Of a stretch of 64,000 bases of DNA, positions 62,001-64,000 are shown piece by piece. This stretch comes from the human T2T-CHM13v2.0 reference genome, Homo sapiens, in assembly GCF_009914755.1 (NCBI RefSeq), contig NC_060931.1. The stretch is one strand, 5' to 3'. The translations under genes were made by a program, and so were the position numbers. The first letter of the stretch is position 1. Each line of letters starts with the position of its first letter. The notes under the pieces are model-generated. The model was not told the DNA's origin. It saw nothing but the letters and a program-made list of their open reading frames with translations, and ran no database searches.

Positions 62001-64000
62001 TCATTCTCAGAATCTACTTTGTGATGTGTGCCTTCAACTCACAGAGTTTAACCTTTCTTTTCTTAGAGCAGTTTAGAAACACTCTGCTTGTTATGTCTGC
62101 AAGTGGATATTTGGACCTCTTTGAGGCCTTCGTTGCAAACGGGGTTTCTTCCTTTCATGCTAGACTAAGAAGAGTTCTCAGTAACTTTTTTGTGTTGTGT
62201 GTATTCAACTCACAGAGTTGAACCTTGCTTTAGAGAGAGCAGATTTGAAACACTCTTGCTGTGGCATTTTCAGGTGGAGATTTCAAGCGATTTGAGGACA
62301 ATTGCAGAAAAGGAAATATCTTCGTATAATAACCAGACAGAATCATTCTCAGAAAGTGCTTTGTGATGTGTGCGTTCAACTCACAGAGTTTAACCTTTCT
62401 TTTCATAGAGGAGTTTGGAAACACACTGTTTGTAAAGTCTGCAAGTGGATATATGGACCTGTTTGAGGCCTTCGTTGGAAACGGGATTTCTTCATTGAAT
62501 GCTAGACGGAAGAATTCTCAGTAAATTCTTTGTGTTGTGTGCATTCAACTCACAGAGTGGAACGTCCCTTTAGACAGAGCAGATTTGAAACACTCTTTTT
62601 GCGGAATTTGCAAGTGGAGATTTCTAGCCATTTGATGCCAACAGTAGAAAGGGAAATATCTTCAAATAAAAACCAGACAGAATCATTCTCAGAAAATTCT
62701 TTGTGATGTGTGCGTTCAACTCACATAGTTTAACCTTTCTTTTCATAGAGCAGTTTGGAAACACTCTGTTTGTAAAGTCTGCAAGTGGATATATGGACCG
62801 CATTGAGGCCTTCGTTGGAAACGGGATTTCTTCATTTCATGCTAGACAGAAGAATTCTCAGTAACTTCTTTGTGCTGTGTGTATTCAACTCACAGAGTGG
62901 AACGTCCCTTTGCACAGAGCAGATTTGAAACACTCTTTTTGTGGAGTTTGCAAGTGGAGATTTCAAGCGATTTGATGCCAACAGTAGAAAAGGAAATATC
63001 TTCAAATAAAAACTAGACAGAATCATTCTCAGAATCTACTTTGTGATGTGTGCCTTCAACTCACAGAGTTTAACCTTTCTTTTCTTAGAGCAGTTTAGAA
63101 ACACTCTGCTTGTTATGTCTGCAAGTGGATATTTGGACCTCTTTGAGGCCTTCGTTGCAAACGGGGTTTCTTCCTTTCATGCTAGACTAAGAAGAGTTCT
63201 CAGTAACTTTTTTGTGTTGTGTGTATTCAACTCACAGAGTTGAACCTTGCTTTAGAGAGAGCAGATTTGAAACACTCTTGCTGTGGCATTTTCAGGTGGA
63301 GATTTCAAGCGATTTGAGGACAATTGCAGAAAAGGAAATATCTTCGTATAATAACCAGACAGAATCATTCTCAGAAAGTGCTTTGTGATGTGTGCGTTCA
63401 ACTCACAGAGTTTAACCTTTCTTTTCATAGAGGAGTTTGGAAACACACTGTTTGTAAAGTCTGCAAGTGGATATATGGACCTGTTTGAGGCCTTCGTTGG
63501 AAACGGGATTTCTTCATTGAATGCTAGACGGAAGAATTCTCAGTAAATTCTTTGTGTTGTGTGCATTCAACTCACAGAGTGGAACGTCCCTTTAGACAGA
63601 GCAGATTTGAAACACTCTTTTTGCGGAATTTGCAAGTGGAGATTTCTAGCCATTTGATGCCAACAGTAGAAAGGGAAATATCTTCAAATAAAAACCAGAC
63701 AGAATCATTCTCAGAAAATTCTTTGTGATGTGTGCGTTCAACTCACATAGTTTAACCTTTCTTTTCATAGAGCAGTTTGGAAACACTCTGTTTGTAAAGT
63801 CTGCAAGTGGATATATGGACCGCATTGAGGCCTTCGTTGGAAACGGGATTTCTTCATTTCATGCTAGACAGAAGAATTCTCAGTAACTTCTTTGTGCTGT
63901 GTGTATTCAACTCACAGAGTGGAACGTCCCTTTGCACAGAGCAGATTTGAAACACTCTTTTTGTGGAGTTTGCAAGTGGAGATTTCAAGCGATTTGATGC
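62001..64000 (+). repeat. One full 6-mer HOR (62001-63022) plus a partial copy cut by the window end (63023-64000)
   Basis: The 1022-bp period resumes (ORFs at 62021 and 63043). Confidence 0.97.

Larger units (their letters stand above)
1..64000 (+). repeat. Alpha-satellite higher-order repeat array (6-mer HOR, 1022 bp, about 63 copies), SF1 dimeric type, probably D7Z1 (human chr7 centromere)
   Basis: About 171-bp monomers with canonical alphoid motifs (CATTCTCAGAAA, TTCAACTCACAGAG, TTTGAAACACTCTTTTTG, CTTCGTTGGAAACGGGA). The ORF track recurs at an exact 1022-bp step (21, 1043, 2065 ... 60319). Copies differ at only a few positions. The alpha-satellite call is essentially certain. The D7Z1 assignment rests on the recalled 6-mer of about 1.02 kb with 340/680-bp EcoRI fragments and is less certain (about 0.8). 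Confidence 0.99.

Noticed and set aside
21-63446. About 180 short ORFs (64-66 aa) in three families on both strands
   Set aside because: They are chance open frames in satellite monomers, repeating with the 1022-bp period. The m6 frame is freely interrupted by stop-creating variants, and there is no gene context. I used them only as variant markers.
1-64000. CRISPR-like or other repeat-spacer array, or a novel gene-encoded system
   Set aside because: There are no unique spacers and no associated genes. Every stretch I read is alpha-satellite monomer.
1-64000. Transposon insertion (L1/Alu) or strand inversion within the array
   Set aside because: The period and orientation are unbroken apart from the 342-bp deletion, which leaves no room for an insert.
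1-64000. Array is a computationally modelled centromere (GRCh38-style Markov model)
   Set aside because: Rare variants stay linked over 1-4 kb and recur in ordered blocks. This is unlikely from short-range monomer models and fits a long-read assembly.

Overview
The whole 64-kb window is one uninterrupted, head-to-tail primate (most likely human) centromeric alpha-satellite higher-order repeat (HOR) array. The unit is a 1022-bp 6-mer (monomers of 171+171+169+171+169+171 bp) built as three dimers, each a CENP-B-box monomer followed by a box-less monomer, which is the suprachromosomal family 1 layout. Unit length and the EcoRI pattern (340 + 682 bp) fit D7Z1 of human chromosome 7; this is recalled, not searched. 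There are 60 exact 1022-bp copies (1-61320), one 680-bp 4-mer deletion variant (61321-62000), one more full copy and a final partial copy. I see no genes, transposons, inversions or CRISPR, and the ORF track is a by-product of the repeat. I find no new gene-encoded system. The information lies in the copy-to-copy variants, which I read by eye: 3- and 4-unit segmental duplications, mosaic units, a dense divergent patch around one CENP-B box, six disrupted CENP-B boxes, a nested haplotype domain, and an apparent lack of CpG-deamination mutations. Copy n (n<=61) starts at 1+1022*(n-1).
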